Of a stretch of DNA of 51,348 nucleotides, positions 50,823 through 51,348 are shown in pieces. Source of the DNA: a virus (lineage: Duplodnaviria > Caudoviricetes); IMG/VR virus record IMGVR_UViG_3300037247_001029, positions 1 to 51,348 of that record; one strand, written 5' to 3'. The notes under the pieces were generated by a model. The model did not search any database. It saw nothing but the letters and a program-made list of their open reading frames with translations, and was not told the origin of the DNA. How positions within the stretch are numbered: the first letter of the stretch is position 1; every line of letters starts with the position of its first letter. The translations under genes and the position numbers were made by a program.

Positions 50823-51348
50823 CTGGCCGCCCGTCATCGCCACGATCTTCACCTACCGGCGCCTTGAACTGGCGTTGGAGACGATCAAGTCGGTCCGTGA
50901 ACGGGTCGACTACCCCAACATCGGCTTCCACATCGCCGACGATGGCAGTGGTCCCGACTACGTCAGGCGGCTGTTGGACGAGATCGGCCCAAGCTACTCG
51001 GTCGAACACACCGATGCCAACCAGGAAGGTGTGGGGCGATCGATGAACCTAGGGATGAGAGGGGCCTTGGCCCGCGCCGACTACTGGCTCCATCTCGAGG
51101 ACGACTGGGTCCTGCCGGGCACCCTGGACCTGCGGCCCTGCGTCCAGGTGATGGCCGAGGACGAGACGGTCGGGATGGTCCGCCTGGGGCGTCTGTCGGC
51201 GGGGCTGGAGGCCGTATCGTGTGCCGGGGCGGGTAAGCTATGGTGGCGGCTCAAAAAGGGCGCAGACACCTACGTGTTCAGCGGCAACGCCGCCCTGCGC
51301 CACCGCCGGTTCTACGAGGCCTACGGCAACTACAAAGTCGGTCTCCGA
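50815..51348 (+). CDS. GT2 glycosyltransferase (248 aa; continues through the junction to 340)
   Basis: VIATIFTYRR..HIADDGSG..SMNLG..LHLEDDW; not in the ORF track because it wraps. Confidence 0.88.
   Translation, partial: MDDWPPVIATIFTYRRLELALETIKSVRERVDYPNIGFHIADDGSGPDYVRRLLDEIGPSYSVEHTDANQEGVGRSMNLGMRGALARADYWLHLEDDWVLPGTLDLRPCVQVMAEDETVGMVRLGRLSAGLEAVSCAGAGKLWWRLKKGADTYVFSGNAALRHRRFYEAYGNYKVGLR
51222..51348. repeat. Terminal 127-bp direct repeat (identical to 1-127)
   Basis: Exact match to the window start. Confidence 0.97.

Noticed and set aside
51222-51348. 127-bp terminal repeat as a biological DTR or att site
   Set aside because: The length equals a common assembler k-mer and it falls mid-gene with the frame preserved, so it indicates circular assembly only
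1-51348. CRISPR array, diversity-generating retroelement, IS element or stop-codon recoding
   Set aside because: I saw no spaced repeats, reverse transcriptase, TR/VR pair or transposase; long genes are intact in code 11 and end in TAG, TGA or TAA

Overview
This window looks like a complete, circularly assembled tailed-phage (siphovirus-like) genome of about 51,221 bp with high GC. Bases 1-127 equal 51222-51348, and a GT2 gene reads through the junction. Modules are: tail (6.1-17.0 kb); a leftward accessory/early operon (17.1-21.5 kb); a divergent promoter switch (21.6-21.7 kb); a rightward replication/recombination and small-gene region (21.7-33.7 kb); packaging and head genes (33.7-45.3 kb); and an ~11 kb glycan-biosynthesis island between the major capsid gene and the neck/tail genes (45.5 kb through the junction to 5.4 kb). 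I found no integrase, endolysin or DNA polymerase. The most striking element is an intein in the HxxCRC motif of a portal-MuF fusion. Its central region is not an in-frame homing endonuclease. Instead it carries, on the opposite strand and in exact codon register, a separate HTH + DUF559/Vsr-like endonuclease gene whose own GGAGGT RBS sits inside the intein block F codons. Other notable items are a three-domain glycosyltransferase fused to a head-associated module, a reversed WbdD-like kinase-methyltransferase, a secreted cohesin-dockerin protein, an aberrant initiator-like tRNA-Met(CAT) followed by a ~130-nt rod-shaped RNA, a +1 tail-chaperone frameshift, two genes with apparent ATT/CTG starts, and a cassette-deletion scar. 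All family assignments come from motifs read by eye; no searches were run. A Chloroflexota-like host is only an inference.
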